Positions 1 through 9,166 are shown, counted from the first letter of the stretch. The stretch is 16,000 nt of DNA from Suttonella ornithocola (GCF_001889065.1 NZ_LWHB01000084.1:3407-19406), one strand, 5' to 3'. Made by a program: numbers and translations. The notes: generated by a model not told the origin, from the letters alone.

Positions 1-276
1 TAAAGACATCGCGTAAGTCAATCGCTAAGGATTTTTCTAAGGCTAGACGCAATAAACCAATGGTCGCACGGCGTAGCGCGTATGGGTCTTTGCTGCCTGT
101 TGGTTTCGCGCCAATCGCAAAGCCGCCAGCAAGGTTATCAAGTTTTTCTGCTAAGGCAAGCGTTGTGCCGACAGCGGTTTGCGGAAGCTCTCCGCCTGCG
201 CCTAACGGGTAGTATTGTTCTTGCAAGGCAGCAGCGACTTCGCTATCTAAGCCTTCTTTTTCGGCATATTTTCTGC
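1..276 (-). CDS. glyS: Glycine--tRNA ligase beta subunit, downstream continuation. It lies in a different frame from 247..1503 and its 3' end is cut by the window edge.
   Basis: Minus-strand codons ending at 4..2 read [90 protein letters not shown]. This aligns with the E. coli GlyS segment [30 protein letters not shown]...GDKDPFALRRAALGVLRII. It is not in the supplied ORF track because it lacks a start codon. Confidence 0.85.
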
Positions 277-1503
277 CATATAGCCTTGTAGCTCGGGAAA
301 TTCCATCACCATTTCGCTTAATAAATCGCATTTGGCGAGTTCAGCAGCTTGCTGGACTTTATCTTTATCCGCTTCTGTCAATTCCGTTAGATAGGCGGCG
401 ATTTTTGCCACGCGTCGGCTTTTATCAGCGATTGAGCCGAGTTTTTCTTGGTAAACGACGTTTTCTAATTTTGGTAATCGTTCGGATAATGAGTATTTTA
501 AATCCTGATGCCAGAAAAATTCGGCATCGGCAAAACGTGGACGAATCACGCGTTCGTTGCCCATGCTAACCAGTTCAGGATGCTCACTGATGAGATTGGC
601 AACCGCGATAAAACAAGGCAACAATTTGCCTTTTTCATCGACCACCGCGAAAGTTTTTTGATTATCCTGCATGGTGGTAATCAACACATCTTGCGGCACG
701 TCTAAAAAACGCGCTTCAAATTCGCCATATATCGCTTGTGGATATTCGGTTAATGCTGCCACTTCATCAATTAATGCTTCTGGCATAACCGCTTTGCCCC
801 CGACTTTATTCGCCACTGCCTGCACTTGCGAGATGATTTCCTGACGGCGCGCTTCGCTATCAACAATAACGTAGGCTTCAGCTAAATCCGCTTCATAGTT
901 ATCCGCATGACTAATCACCACAGGGGTTGGATGATGCACACGATGCCCTTGTGTTTCGCGCCCTGATTGCAGCCCAAAAAATTCTAATGGTAAGACTTTA
1001 TCATCCGCTAATGCCACTAATGCATTGACTGGACGCACGAAACTTTGTTCGTTATCGCCCCAACGCATCCGTTTGGCAATCGGTAGTTTATGAATGACGG
1101 CTTCAAAAATTTCAGGGAGTTTTTCTTCAAACGTGGCGCTTGGACGTTCTTCACGATAAAAAAGGTGCGTGCCTTTTGGGGTTTCAATCGTGCTGAGTTC
1201 ATCAGGGGAATTTAATCCGCAGCCTTTGGCAAAGCCGATGGCGGCGCGCGTCCAGTTACCGTCTGCGTCTTTAGCAACTTTTAGAGATGGTCCTTGGTTT
1301 TCCCAAATTTGTGGCACTTGTTTTTCACTTAAATTGCGCATCCGCCAAGCTAAACGGCGTGGCGTGGCGAAGGCTTTGATGCTCTCGCAGTTAAAGCCGT
1401 TTTCAATGAGTTGTTCTGCCCATAATTGCGTACCGGCTTCAGAGAGTTGTTGTACCGCAGCGGTTGGTAGTTCTTCTGTGGCAATTTCTAGTAAAAAATT
1501 CAT
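247..1503 (-). CDS. glyS: Glycine--tRNA ligase beta subunit, N-terminal 418 codons, ending at a premature TAG created by a frameshift
   Basis: The ORF begins [13 protein letters not shown] and contains ATPRRLA, RMRWG, FVRPV, RGHR and [12 protein letters not shown], all typical of GlyS. It ends ...[18 protein letters not shown], where homologues continue for about 270 more residues. The ATG overlaps the glyQ stop (ATGA at 1500-1503). Confidence 0.9.
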   Translation of the reverse strand: MNFLLEIATEELPTAAVQQLSEAGTQLWAEQLIENGFNCESIKAFATPRRLAWRMRNLSEKQVPQIWENQGPSLKVAKDADGNWTRAAIGFAKGCGLNSPDELSTIETPKGTHLFYREERPSATFEEKLPEIFEAVIHKLPIAKRMRWGDNEQSFVRPVNALVALADDKVLPLEFFGLQSGRETQGHRVHHPTPVVISHADNYEADLAEAYVIVDSEARRQEIISQVQAVANKVGGKAVMPEALIDEVAALTEYPQAIYGEFEARFLDVPQDVLITTMQDNQKTFAVVDEKGKLLPCFIAVANLISEHPELVSMGNERVIRPRFADAEFFWHQDLKYSLSERLPKLENVVYQEKLGSIADKSRRVAKIAAYLTELTEADKDKVQQAAELAKCDLLSEMVMEFPELQGYMAENMPKKKA

Positions 1504-2405
1504 ACGTTTTCTCCGTTACGGCAAAGTGGGAAACCTAGTGCTTTACGCGCTTCAAAATAAGCAACTGCAGCAGCTTTAGAGATGGCGCGCACGCGTAAGA
1601 TATAGCGTTGCCGTTCAGTAACCGATATGGCGCGCCGTGCATCTAACAAGTTAAACAAATGTGAGGCTTTTAGCGCTTGTTCATAAGCAGGCAATGCCAA
1701 TTGTTTTTCGGCTAATTGCAATGCCATTTCTTCCGCTTGGTTAAATTGTGCGAATAATTGTTCGGTATTGGCGTGTTCAAAGTTATAAGCGGATTGTTCA
1801 CACTCATTTTGTTGATGCACGTCGCCGTAGGTTAATACGCCGTTGCGCGTGGTTGTCCACACTAAATCATAAACGCTATCAACACCTTGCAAATACATGG
1901 CAATGCGTTCTAAACCATAGGTTAATTCTCCCATCACTGGTTTACATTCCATGCCGCCTGCTTGTTGGAAATAGGTAAACTGCGATGCTTCCATGCCGTC
2001 AATCCACACTTCCCAACCGAGTCCCCATGCGCCTAAAGTTGGTGATTCCCAGTTATCTTCCACAAAACGAATGTCATGAACCGCTGGGTCAATCCCAATC
2101 GCAAATAAGGATTGTAAATATAAGTCTTGAAAACGCGCTGGCGAAGGTTTCATCACTACTTGGAATTGGTAGTAACGCTGTAAACGGTTAGGGTTTTCAC
2201 CATAGCGTCCATCGGTTGGACGGCGTGAAGCCTGAACATACGCCGCATTCCACGGTTCTGGTCCGATTGCGCGCAAGAAGGTTGATTCATGAAAGGTGCC
2301 TGCGCCTACTTCCATATCGTAAGGTTGCATGATTGCGCAGCCCTGCTCTGCCCAAAAGCGTTGCAAGGTTAAAATCATATCTTGAAAAGTAAGAGGTTCT
2401 GCCAT
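1500..2405 (-). CDS. glyQ: Glycine--tRNA ligase alpha subunit
   Basis: The 301-aa ORF matches GlyQ along its whole length ([57 protein letters not shown]). It is translationally coupled to glyS. Confidence 0.97.
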   Translation of the reverse strand: MAEPLTFQDMILTLQRFWAEQGCAIMQPYDMEVGAGTFHESTFLRAIGPEPWNAAYVQASRRPTDGRYGENPNRLQRYYQFQVVMKPSPARFQDLYLQSLFAIGIDPAVHDIRFVEDNWESPTLGAWGLGWEVWIDGMEASQFTYFQQAGGMECKPVMGELTYGLERIAMYLQGVDSVYDLVWTTTRNGVLTYGDVHQQNECEQSAYNFEHANTEQLFAQFNQAEEMALQLAEKQLALPAYEQALKASHLFNLLDARRAISVTERQRYILRVRAISKAAAVAYFEARKALGFPLCRNGENV

Positions 2406-2434
2406 GAGAATATCCGCTTAAGAAAAAAGAACCT

Positions 2435-2463
2435 ATTTTAACTGTAGTGTCCAATGCTAGCAA
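2435..2463 (-). promoter_or_regulatory. Candidate sigma70 promoter for glyQS
   Basis: On the minus strand, TTGCTA (2463..2458), a 17-nt spacer, then TAAAAT (2440..2435), about 30 nt upstream of the glyQ ATG. This is a sequence motif only. Confidence 0.4.
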
Positions 2464-2467
2464 AGAT

Positions 2468-2476
2468 TGCTACAAT
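2468..2476 (+). promoter_or_regulatory. Candidate extended -10 promoter for deoD
   Basis: TGCTACAAT (TGn plus TACAAT) lies 25 nt upstream of the deoD ATG, and GGAG at 2491-2494 serves as Shine-Dalgarno. The -35 is weak (TGTCCA at 2448-2453). Confidence 0.35.
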
Positions 2477-2500
2477 AACTTTTTTAGATAGGAGACGTGT

Positions 2501-3208
2501 ATGACCCCTCATATTAATGCTAAAGATGGTGCTTTCGCTGAAACGGTTTTAATGCCTGGTGATCCTTTACGTGCAAAATTTATTGCTGAAACTTATTTGG
2601 AAAATCCTGAAGAAGTGACCAATGTTCGTAATATGCTTGGTTTTACGGGTACTTATAAAGGAAAACGCTTATCTGTAATGGGACATGGAATGGGGATTCC
2701 TTCATGCTCTATTTATGCTAAAGAGTTAATTACTGAGTATGGCGTAAAAAATATTATTCGTGTTGGCTCTTGCGGTGCTGTGCGCGATGATATTCATGTT
2801 CGCGATGTGATTATTGGTTTAGGGGCATCAACGGATTCTAATGTAAACCGCACGCGTTTTTTAGGGCATGATTTTGCTGTAACGGCGGATTATGAATTGG
2901 TTGCTGCTTTAGTTGCTGCTGCAAAGTCGCAAAATATCAATGCAAAAGTGGGCGGATTATTCTCAGCCGATTTATTTTATAACCCTGACCAACGCCTGAA
3001 TGAAGCGTTGAAAAAATATGGCATCATGGGAGTAGAAATGGAAGCTGCCGGTATTTTCGGTGTTGCCGCTGAGTTTGGTGCAAAAGCCGCTGCCATTTGC
3101 ACGGTTTCTGACCATATTTTACGCGAGGAATACACCACTGCAGAAGAACGTCAAACGTCTTTTAATGAGATGATGATTATTGCTTTAGAAGCTGCATACT
3201 CTCTATAA
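2501..3208 (+). CDS. deoD: Purine nucleoside phosphorylase (DeoD type)
   Basis: The 235-aa ORF is near-collinear with E. coli DeoD ([72 protein letters not shown]). Confidence 0.97.
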   Translation: MTPHINAKDGAFAETVLMPGDPLRAKFIAETYLENPEEVTNVRNMLGFTGTYKGKRLSVMGHGMGIPSCSIYAKELITEYGVKNIIRVGSCGAVRDDIHVRDVIIGLGASTDSNVNRTRFLGHDFAVTADYELVAALVAAAKSQNINAKVGGLFSADLFYNPDQRLNEALKKYGIMGVEMEAAGIFGVAAEFGAKAAAICTVSDHILREEYTTAEERQTSFNEMMIIALEAAYSL

Positions 3209-3230
3209 AAAAGAAAATGCCATAAAAAAT

Positions 3231-3261
3231 AAAGCCCGCTCAAGACAGACGGGCTTTTTTT
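3231..3261. terminator. Bidirectional intrinsic terminator between convergent deoD and prmA
   Basis: A 7-bp stem, GCCCGCT (3234-3240) with AGCGGGC (3248-3254), and a 7-nt loop. It is followed by T7 (3255-3261) and preceded by an A-rich run that supplies a U-tract for the minus-strand transcript. Confidence 0.8.
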
Positions 3262-3274
3262 ATTCTCTAATAAA

Positions 3275-4162
3275 TCAATGTTTGGGATGTAGTTCTAATA
3301 AAATCCAGCCTTCTTTGTCATCTATGCGATGAATGTTATAAGCCTCTTCATAATGTTCGCGAATAACACTTTCTTGTCTCTCTAGCAAACCCGCAAAGTA
3401 TAAAACAGATTTTTCATGTAAATGTTTTTCAAACTGAGTACGCAACACACACAAAGGTTCTAATAAGATATTCGCCATTAAGATATCGACTTTAGGTGCA
3501 TCATTTGGATTTTCACAAAGTGTAATTTTGTCTCTTACGCCATTTTTTTCGGCGTTTTCCGCCCCTGCTTGTAACGCCTGCGGATCAATATCTGTTTGCC
3601 AAACATGCTCAGCGCCTAATAATGCTGCGGCAATCCCTAAAATGCCGCTACCGCTGCCATAGTCATAAACGGTTTTATCTTGAAGCGTAATATGATTAAC
3701 CAAAGCGCTAAGACACATTGCTGTTGAAGGGTGCGTTCCTGTCCCAAAGGCAAGTCCTGGGTCTAAACGTAAAACCGTAGCATTTGGTTCATCTATACGA
3801 TGTTCTGTGGCTGCCACCCAAAAGTTTTTTCCAAAAGGAATGGGCTGAAAGTAATCAAGCCAAGCTCGTACCCAATCTTCATCTTTTAATAAATGCTCAC
3901 CAATCGGATAATTATCGCCCAGACTCTGTTTTAAAATAGATAGCACCTCTGATTTATCCACTTGTAAATCATACAGTCCTGTTACTTTGGTGGTTTGCCA
4001 TAAAGGTGTGGTACCAATAGGCGGTTCAAAAATTTCTTGCTCGTCGGCTGCTTGATAGGTAACAGCTAAAGCGCCTGAAAGTTCGAGCGCGGTTTCTAAT
4101 AGTAAGGCTTCATCATCATTATGGGCGGTTAAAGTCAATTCCAACCATTGTTTTTCTGTCAT
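3275..4162 (-). CDS. prmA: Ribosomal protein L11 methyltransferase
   Basis: The 295-aa ORF carries LDPGLAFGTGTHPST, the SAM-binding motif DYGSGSGILGIAA, DIDPQA and ANIL, collinear with E. coli PrmA. Confidence 0.93.
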   Translation of the reverse strand: MTEKQWLELTLTAHNDDEALLLETALELSGALAVTYQAADEQEIFEPPIGTTPLWQTTKVTGLYDLQVDKSEVLSILKQSLGDNYPIGEHLLKDEDWVRAWLDYFQPIPFGKNFWVAATEHRIDEPNATVLRLDPGLAFGTGTHPSTAMCLSALVNHITLQDKTVYDYGSGSGILGIAAALLGAEHVWQTDIDPQALQAGAENAEKNGVRDKITLCENPNDAPKVDILMANILLEPLCVLRTQFEKHLHEKSVLYFAGLLERQESVIREHYEEAYNIHRIDDKEGWILLELHPKH

Positions 4163-4307
4163 ATTTCAATCTCTCTGCTATTACAAATGAATTTTGTTGA
4201 TTTTCTTAAATGTATTGTATCTAAATCTATTTGTTAAAAGTTTGGGATTATCACAATTCTTTCGCAAATTCCCTAAATATTAAAAGAATATTTTCAAACT
4301 TAATCGG

Positions 4308-4313
4308 TATAAT
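4308..4313 (+). promoter_or_regulatory. Candidate -10 hexamer for purF
   Basis: A perfect TATAAT lies 30 nt upstream of the purF ATG. There is no convincing -35, and the background is AT-rich, so a chance match is possible. Confidence 0.3.
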
Positions 4314-4342
4314 AGCTAACTTTTAAGCTTATTAGGTTAGTT

Positions 4343-5860
4343 ATGTGTGGAATTGTGGGGATTGTCGGTAAAGGACATGTTAACCAAGCGCTTTATGATG
4401 CACTAATTGTTTTACAGCATAGAGGGCAAGACGCTGCCGGTATCGTGACTGCTGAAAATGGACGCTTTTTTATGCGCAAATCCAATGGGCTAGTGGCAGA
4501 TGTTTTTAGCGAGAAACATATGCGACGATTAGTTGGCAATATTGGTATTGGACATATTCGATACCCTACCGCTGGGAGTTCTTCTAGCGCTGAGGCGCAA
4601 CCAATGTATGCTAATTCACCTTATGGTATTGTATTAGCACACAATGGAAATCTCACCAATGCCGATAAGCTTATTGGCGAAATTTATGCCAGTGATTTAC
4701 GGCATATCAATACGCAATCTGATAGCGAAGCATTATTAAATATCTTTGCGCATGAACTTGCACGCGATGCAAACATTCCACCAACTCCTAATCAAATATT
4801 TGCAGCCATCTCTCGCTTACATGAGCGCGTTAAAGGCGCTTATGCTGTTGTTGCGTTGATTAGTGGCTATGGACTTGTTGCTTTTCGTGACCCCTACGCT
4901 ATTCGCCCACTCATCTATGGCTATCGTGAAACAGATAATGGTACAGAATATATGGTCGCTAGCGAATCTGTCGCCTTACAAAGTCAGGGTTATAAGGTCA
5001 TTCGAGACATTGAGCCAGGAGAAGCACTTATCATCACAGAAGATGGTCAACTTCATCATCAACAATGCGCACAAACTCCAGAAAGAGTCCCTTGTATTTT
5101 TGAGTACGTCTATTTCGCCCGCCCTGATTCTACTATCGACGGTATCAATGTGTATAAAGCGCGGCTCAGAATGGGAGAAAAACTCGCCGAAAGAATCGAA
5201 AAGGAATGGTCAAATCATGATATTGACGTTGTCATCCCCATTCCTGATACCAGTCGTTCATCTGCTATTGAGTTGGCAAACCGGTTAGGCGTTAAATTCC
5301 GCGAAGGCTTTATGAAAAATCGTTACATTGGACGAACTTTTATTATGCCAGGTCAAACTTTACGTAAAAAGTCTGTCCGTCAAAAACTTAATGCTTTGGA
5401 ATTAGAATTTCGTGGGAAAAATGTTTTACTAGTAGATGACTCCATTGTTAGGGGAACCACTAGCGAGCAAATTATTCAAATGGCACGAGATGCTGGTGCG
5501 AATAAAGTGTACTTTGCAAGTGCTGCCCCTCCTGTGTGTTATCCAAATGTTTATGGTATTGATATGCCTACACATGAAGAGCTGATTGCCTATAATCGCA
5601 ATGAAAAAGAAATTGCGCAAGAAATCGGTGCTGATAAAGTTATCTATCAAAAGCTAGATGACTTGGTAAAAGCCTGTTTAGCAACCAAACATTGTTTGCC
5701 CCAAAAATTTGATTGTTCTGTTTTTGATGGAAAATATATCACTGGAGATATAGACGAAAACTATTTCAAACGTCTACAACAATCACGTGCCGATAACAGT
5801 CGAGCACGCATAACCCCTATTGGTAATAAGCCAATTGATTTAATGAATGCCAATGATTAA
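4343..5860 (+). CDS. purF: Amidophosphoribosyltransferase (glutamine PRPP amidotransferase)
   Basis: The 505-aa ORF starts MCGIVGI, so the catalytic Cys follows Met directly with no propeptide, as in the E. coli type. It also has [31 protein letters not shown], the PRPP loop [14 protein letters not shown], and PNVYGIDMP. Confidence 0.97.
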   Translation: MCGIVGIVGKGHVNQALYDALIVLQHRGQDAAGIVTAENGRFFMRKSNGLVADVFSEKHMRRLVGNIGIGHIRYPTAGSSSSAEAQPMYANSPYGIVLAHNGNLTNADKLIGEIYASDLRHINTQSDSEALLNIFAHELARDANIPPTPNQIFAAISRLHERVKGAYAVVALISGYGLVAFRDPYAIRPLIYGYRETDNGTEYMVASESVALQSQGYKVIRDIEPGEALIITEDGQLHHQQCAQTPERVPCIFEYVYFARPDSTIDGINVYKARLRMGEKLAERIEKEWSNHDIDVVIPIPDTSRSSAIELANRLGVKFREGFMKNRYIGRTFIMPGQTLRKKSVRQKLNALELEFRGKNVLLVDDSIVRGTTSEQIIQMARDAGANKVYFASAAPPVCYPNVYGIDMPTHEELIAYNRNEKEIAQEIGADKVIYQKLDDLVKACLATKHCLPQKFDCSVFDGKYITGDIDENYFKRLQQSRADNSRARITPIGNKPIDLMNAND

Positions 5861-5990
5861 ACTCAAAATATGATATTTAACAAAGGAACATCATGATCAA
5901 AATTAGATATAGTCAAATCAACTAAAAAACAGGACGTTTTATAAACATTACCTTAGTGCTTCTGGCGGTAAATGGTGTTCTGTTTTTTAG

Positions 5991-6725
5991 CTGATTGCAC
6001 TATATATTTTAATTTTAACCTCTCTTTTGCTACTTTCTTTTTACACTAGCGATGCCCAAACAAAGAATACTTATCAAGTTGTTAGCGAATCTGGATACAT
6101 TCCCTTTGCTTATTGGGATGAAAACAATACTCCCACAGGATTTGATATTGAAATCCTCAAAGCAATTGCAAAAGTAGAAAATCTAAGTTTTGAGTACAAA
6201 ACCATTCCTTGGAAAGTTATGTTTGACACTCTAGATAATGGCACTAGTGATATTATCACTTCCGGAATTAGTATTACTGATGAGCGTAAATCCAGATTCA
6301 CCTTTACTGACCCCTATTTTCAATCAGATAAAACTGTTTTATTAGGTAAAAACAACGTTGATATTAAAAATATAGAAGAGCTCAAAAATCTTAAAGTTGG
6401 CGTAAAAGAAGCTCTACATCAGAAAAAGTTATAAAAAGCTTTAGGATTCAATAATATTATTCCAGAAAAAACAACCTTTCTTGCTATTAAAAAAGTTCTC
6501 ACCGGAAAAAATGATGCTGCTGTGAGTGACTTTGGTGTAGTTAAATACTATCAAAAACGCTATAACGACCTTAACTATCTTGTCATTCCTAATAGTACCG
6601 TAGAATTTGGTTTTGGCGTAAAAAAAGGAAATCATGTTTTAGCTGAAATACTTAATCGTGGACTAAAAACAATTAAAGAAAATGGTACCTACGATAAAAT
6701 TTATCAACAATATTTTGCAGATTGA
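5991..6725 (+). pseudogene. Decayed family-3 periplasmic solute-binding protein, tandem paralog copy 1
   Basis: ORFs 6027..6434 and 6522..6725 are in the same frame, separated by an in-frame TAA at 6432-6434. There is no ATG or GTG between the upstream in-frame TAG (5988-5990) and the signal-peptide-like core LIALYILILTSLLLLSFYTSDA. The segment 6404-6442 matches its paralogs only in a shifted frame (KRSSTSEKVIKSF versus KKDTTSDNLIKSL). Confidence 0.75.
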
Positions 6726-6746
6726 TACTACTTAACTTAAGAAACT

Positions 6747-7490
6747 ATGAAAAATAAATTGACTCAAAGCATACTCGTTATAGCTCTTAGCATTGGTAAT
6801 AGCTATGCTAAAGAAACCTATAAAGTAATGACAGAATCCAACTTTATTCCATTTGTCTATTTAGATGAACAAAAAAAACTAACTGGATTTGATATTGATA
6901 TACTAAATGCTATTGCTAAAGTAGAAGAAATAAACTTTGAATATAAATCTACTATTTGGATTCAGCTCTTTAAAGCCATTGAGGAAAATGACGCAGATAT
7001 AATTACTGCTGGTATTACCATTACAGAGGAAAGAAAAAAAATTGTTGATTTTACTCAACCTTACTTTACTTCTGAACAAAAGGTCTTTGCACGCTCAGGC
7101 TATTCAGAAAAAAAATTAGAAGATTTAAGAAATTCTAGTATTATTCTGAAAAAAGATACAACCTCCGATAACCTAATAAAATCTCTTGATTTTGTCAATA
7201 TTTCTTATGATGATACTACTTTCAAACTTATAAAAAAAGTTCTAGGTGGTGAATATGCAGCAACCATTACTGATAGTGGCGTTGTAGATTATTACTACAA
7301 TAGATATAAATCTTATCGACCTACCATATTTAGCATTCCTAATACTACAGAATACTATGGCTTTTGGGTCAATAAAAACAAAAAAGAATTATTAAATAAA
7401 TTAAATAATGGTTTAAAAATCATTAAAGAAAACGGTCAGTATAAAGAAATTTATAACAAATATTTTTCTAATCAAAATACAGGTAATTGA
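6747..7490 (+). CDS. Periplasmic solute-binding protein, family 3 (polar amino-acid type), paralog copy 2
   Basis: The 247-aa ORF has a Sec signal peptide (…ALSIGNSYA/KE), the family-3 SBP N-terminal motif GFDIDILNAIAK, then ITITEERKKIVDFTQPYF and KKDTTSD. The ligand cannot be inferred from sequence. Confidence 0.85.
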   Translation: MKNKLTQSILVIALSIGNSYAKETYKVMTESNFIPFVYLDEQKKLTGFDIDILNAIAKVEEINFEYKSTIWIQLFKAIEENDADIITAGITITEERKKIVDFTQPYFTSEQKVFARSGYSEKKLEDLRNSSIILKKDTTSDNLIKSLDFVNISYDDTTFKLIKKVLGGEYAATITDSGVVDYYYNRYKSYRPTIFSIPNTTEYYGFWVNKNKKELLNKLNNGLKIIKENGQYKEIYNKYFSNQNTGN

Positions 7491-7497
7491 GGTTTAT

Positions 7498-8244
7498 ATG
7501 AACCAAAAATCAATCGCTTTAATTATACTTAGCACAAATTTTTATCAATTAAGTTATGCGCAAGAAAATAAAACTTATTTAGTTATGGGAGAAAGTAACT
7601 CTATTCCATTTATTTATTTAGATGAGAAAAAAGAGCCTACCGGATTTGATATAGATATTCTCAAAGCAATTGCAAAAGTAGAAAATTTAAATTTTGAATA
7701 TAAAACTACCATATTTGATCTTCTATTTGATAATTTAGAAAATAAAAAAGCTGATATTATTAGCTCTGGTATCACTATTACACCCGAACGACAAAAGAGA
7801 ATGGCATTTTCCAAACCTTATTTTGATTCAGAACAGATGGTTATGGTTAATACCGCACATAAAAATATCTCTAATTTAGAAGAATTATCAAAATATAATA
7901 TTTCGCTCCAAAAAGATACAACCTCAGATGCTCTTCTAAAAAAAATAGGTGGCTTTAATCATCTAAACTATGAAGAAAACACTTATCTTATTATTAAAAA
8001 TACGATTAGTGGAAAAACAGATGCTGCTATTAGTGACTCCGGTATCATTCAATACTATAAAAATCGCTTCGAAAAATATCAACCAAAAATTTTCTCTATA
8101 CCCAATACAAAAGAATATTATGGCTTTGCTGTTAGAAAAGAAAATCAAGAACTACTTGATAAAATCAATTCAGGAATAAAGACTATTAAAGAGAATGGGA
8201 CTTATGAAAAAATATATAATAAATATTTTTCAAAATATGAATAA
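7498..8244 (+). CDS. Periplasmic solute-binding protein, family 3, paralog copy 3
   Basis: The 248-aa ORF has a signal peptide (…YQLSYA/QE), GFDIDILKAIAK, ITITPERQKRMAFSKPYF and QKDTTSD. GAGG at 7489-7492 overlaps the copy 2 stop and sits 5 nt before the ATG, which indicates translational coupling. Confidence 0.87.
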   Translation: MNQKSIALIILSTNFYQLSYAQENKTYLVMGESNSIPFIYLDEKKEPTGFDIDILKAIAKVENLNFEYKTTIFDLLFDNLENKKADIISSGITITPERQKRMAFSKPYFDSEQMVMVNTAHKNISNLEELSKYNISLQKDTTSDALLKKIGGFNHLNYEENTYLIIKNTISGKTDAAISDSGIIQYYKNRFEKYQPKIFSIPNTKEYYGFAVRKENQELLDKINSGIKTIKENGTYEKIYNKYFSKYE

Positions 8245-8432
8245 TCATATATAAAAATCATCTAACATATAAAATAATGTATTTTTAAATAATTACACCA
8301 AATAGCTAAATATTTATAAATTTAAATAAAATCATTATATTACTACAATATCATATACAAAAATGCGTAGGCATAAATATTCAGCTATATAAGAAAGTAT
8401 TTTTTTCACTTTTTAATATATCTTCACTGATC

Positions 8433-9146
8433 ATGTTATCCTTTCCTTACTTAGCAACACAAAACTTAGATATACCTACGTCTATTCCTCTACATATTAT
8501 TGATAAACCTTTATTAAACAAATATTATCTTATTAAAAATTCTAATGGAATATGGCAATTATCATACAATGAGGAGAAGCCTATTTATATAGATTTCTCA
8601 GATAAATACTATCGTTGTAGAGGTGGTAAAGAATATCTTCCAAAAGCTTTTAAGAAGCTACCGAATCATACTATCTTAGATGCAACTGCAGGCTGGGGAA
8701 GAGACGCATGGTTATTAGCCTATAGAGGATTTAAAGTAACATTATGCGAACAACACCCTGCGCTTTATTTAATGCTCAAACAAGCCGTTGAGCGTGCAAA
8801 AAATGAATTACTAACTACCAAAGCCGCTAGCAATCTATTAACAATTTACGGAAATTCTGAAGAACACATTAAAAATAATGGCGAAAAATATGATGCTATA
8901 TATTTGGATCCAATGTTTCCACCCCGAACTAAGCAAGCCAAAGTAAAAAAAGATATGCAAATTTTACATACTTTAATTTCAGATTTTCCAAATAATGGCG
9001 ATCAGTTACTAGATATAGCTATTAATAGCGGCTGCAAAAAAATTATCGTTAAACGCCCAAAAGGCGCAGATTTTCTAAATAATATGCCACCTCACCATAG
9101 CTTACAGGCACCAAATACTCGATATGATATTTATATCAATAATTAA
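8433..9146 (+). CDS. rsmJ: 16S rRNA (guanine1516-N2)-methyltransferase
   Basis: The 237-aa ORF has DATAGWGRDAWLLAYRGFKVTLCEQHP, YLDPMFP, VKKDMQIL, VKRPKGA and RYDIY, collinear with E. coli RsmJ (YhiQ). There is no Shine-Dalgarno before the ATG, so the start is less certain. Confidence 0.85.
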   Translation: MLSFPYLATQNLDIPTSIPLHIIDKPLLNKYYLIKNSNGIWQLSYNEEKPIYIDFSDKYYRCRGGKEYLPKAFKKLPNHTILDATAGWGRDAWLLAYRGFKVTLCEQHPALYLMLKQAVERAKNELLTTKAASNLLTIYGNSEEHIKNNGEKYDAIYLDPMFPPRTKQAKVKKDMQILHTLISDFPNNGDQLLDIAINSGCKKIIVKRPKGADFLNNMPPHHSLQAPNTRYDIYINN

Positions 9147-9166
9147 ATCTCACTAAACCATATCAA

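Noticed and set aside
4262-4268. A PurR operator upstream of purF (CGCAAAT resembles the half-site ACGCAAAC)
   Set aside because: Only one half-site is present with no palindromic partner, so it falls far short of the 16-bp PurR box consensus.
4163-4342. A purine or ZTP riboswitch or other structured leader in the 180-bp prmA-purF spacer
   Set aside because: The spacer is AT-rich, shows none of the conserved GC-rich helices or motifs of those riboswitch classes, and the candidate -10 leaves only a leader of about 20-25 nt.
5883-5925. A 10-codon ORF (MIKIRYSQIN*) with a good AAGGAA Shine-Dalgarno, just downstream of purF
   Set aside because: It is too short to support from sequence alone. 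It may be a remnant of the original 5' end of the decayed SBP copy or of another lost gene. No conservation evidence is available.
6432-6434. The in-frame TAA in SBP copy 1 as programmed read-through or recoding
   Set aside because: TAA is not a Sec or Pyl codon. The surrounding 35 nt match the paralogs only in a shifted frame, and the gene also lacks a usable start. Ordinary decay or sequencing error explains all of this better.
5861-8432. The AT-rich SBP block as a mobile element or genomic island
   Set aside because: I found no integrase, transposase, flanking direct or inverted repeats, or adjacent tRNA. AT-richness alone is not sufficient.
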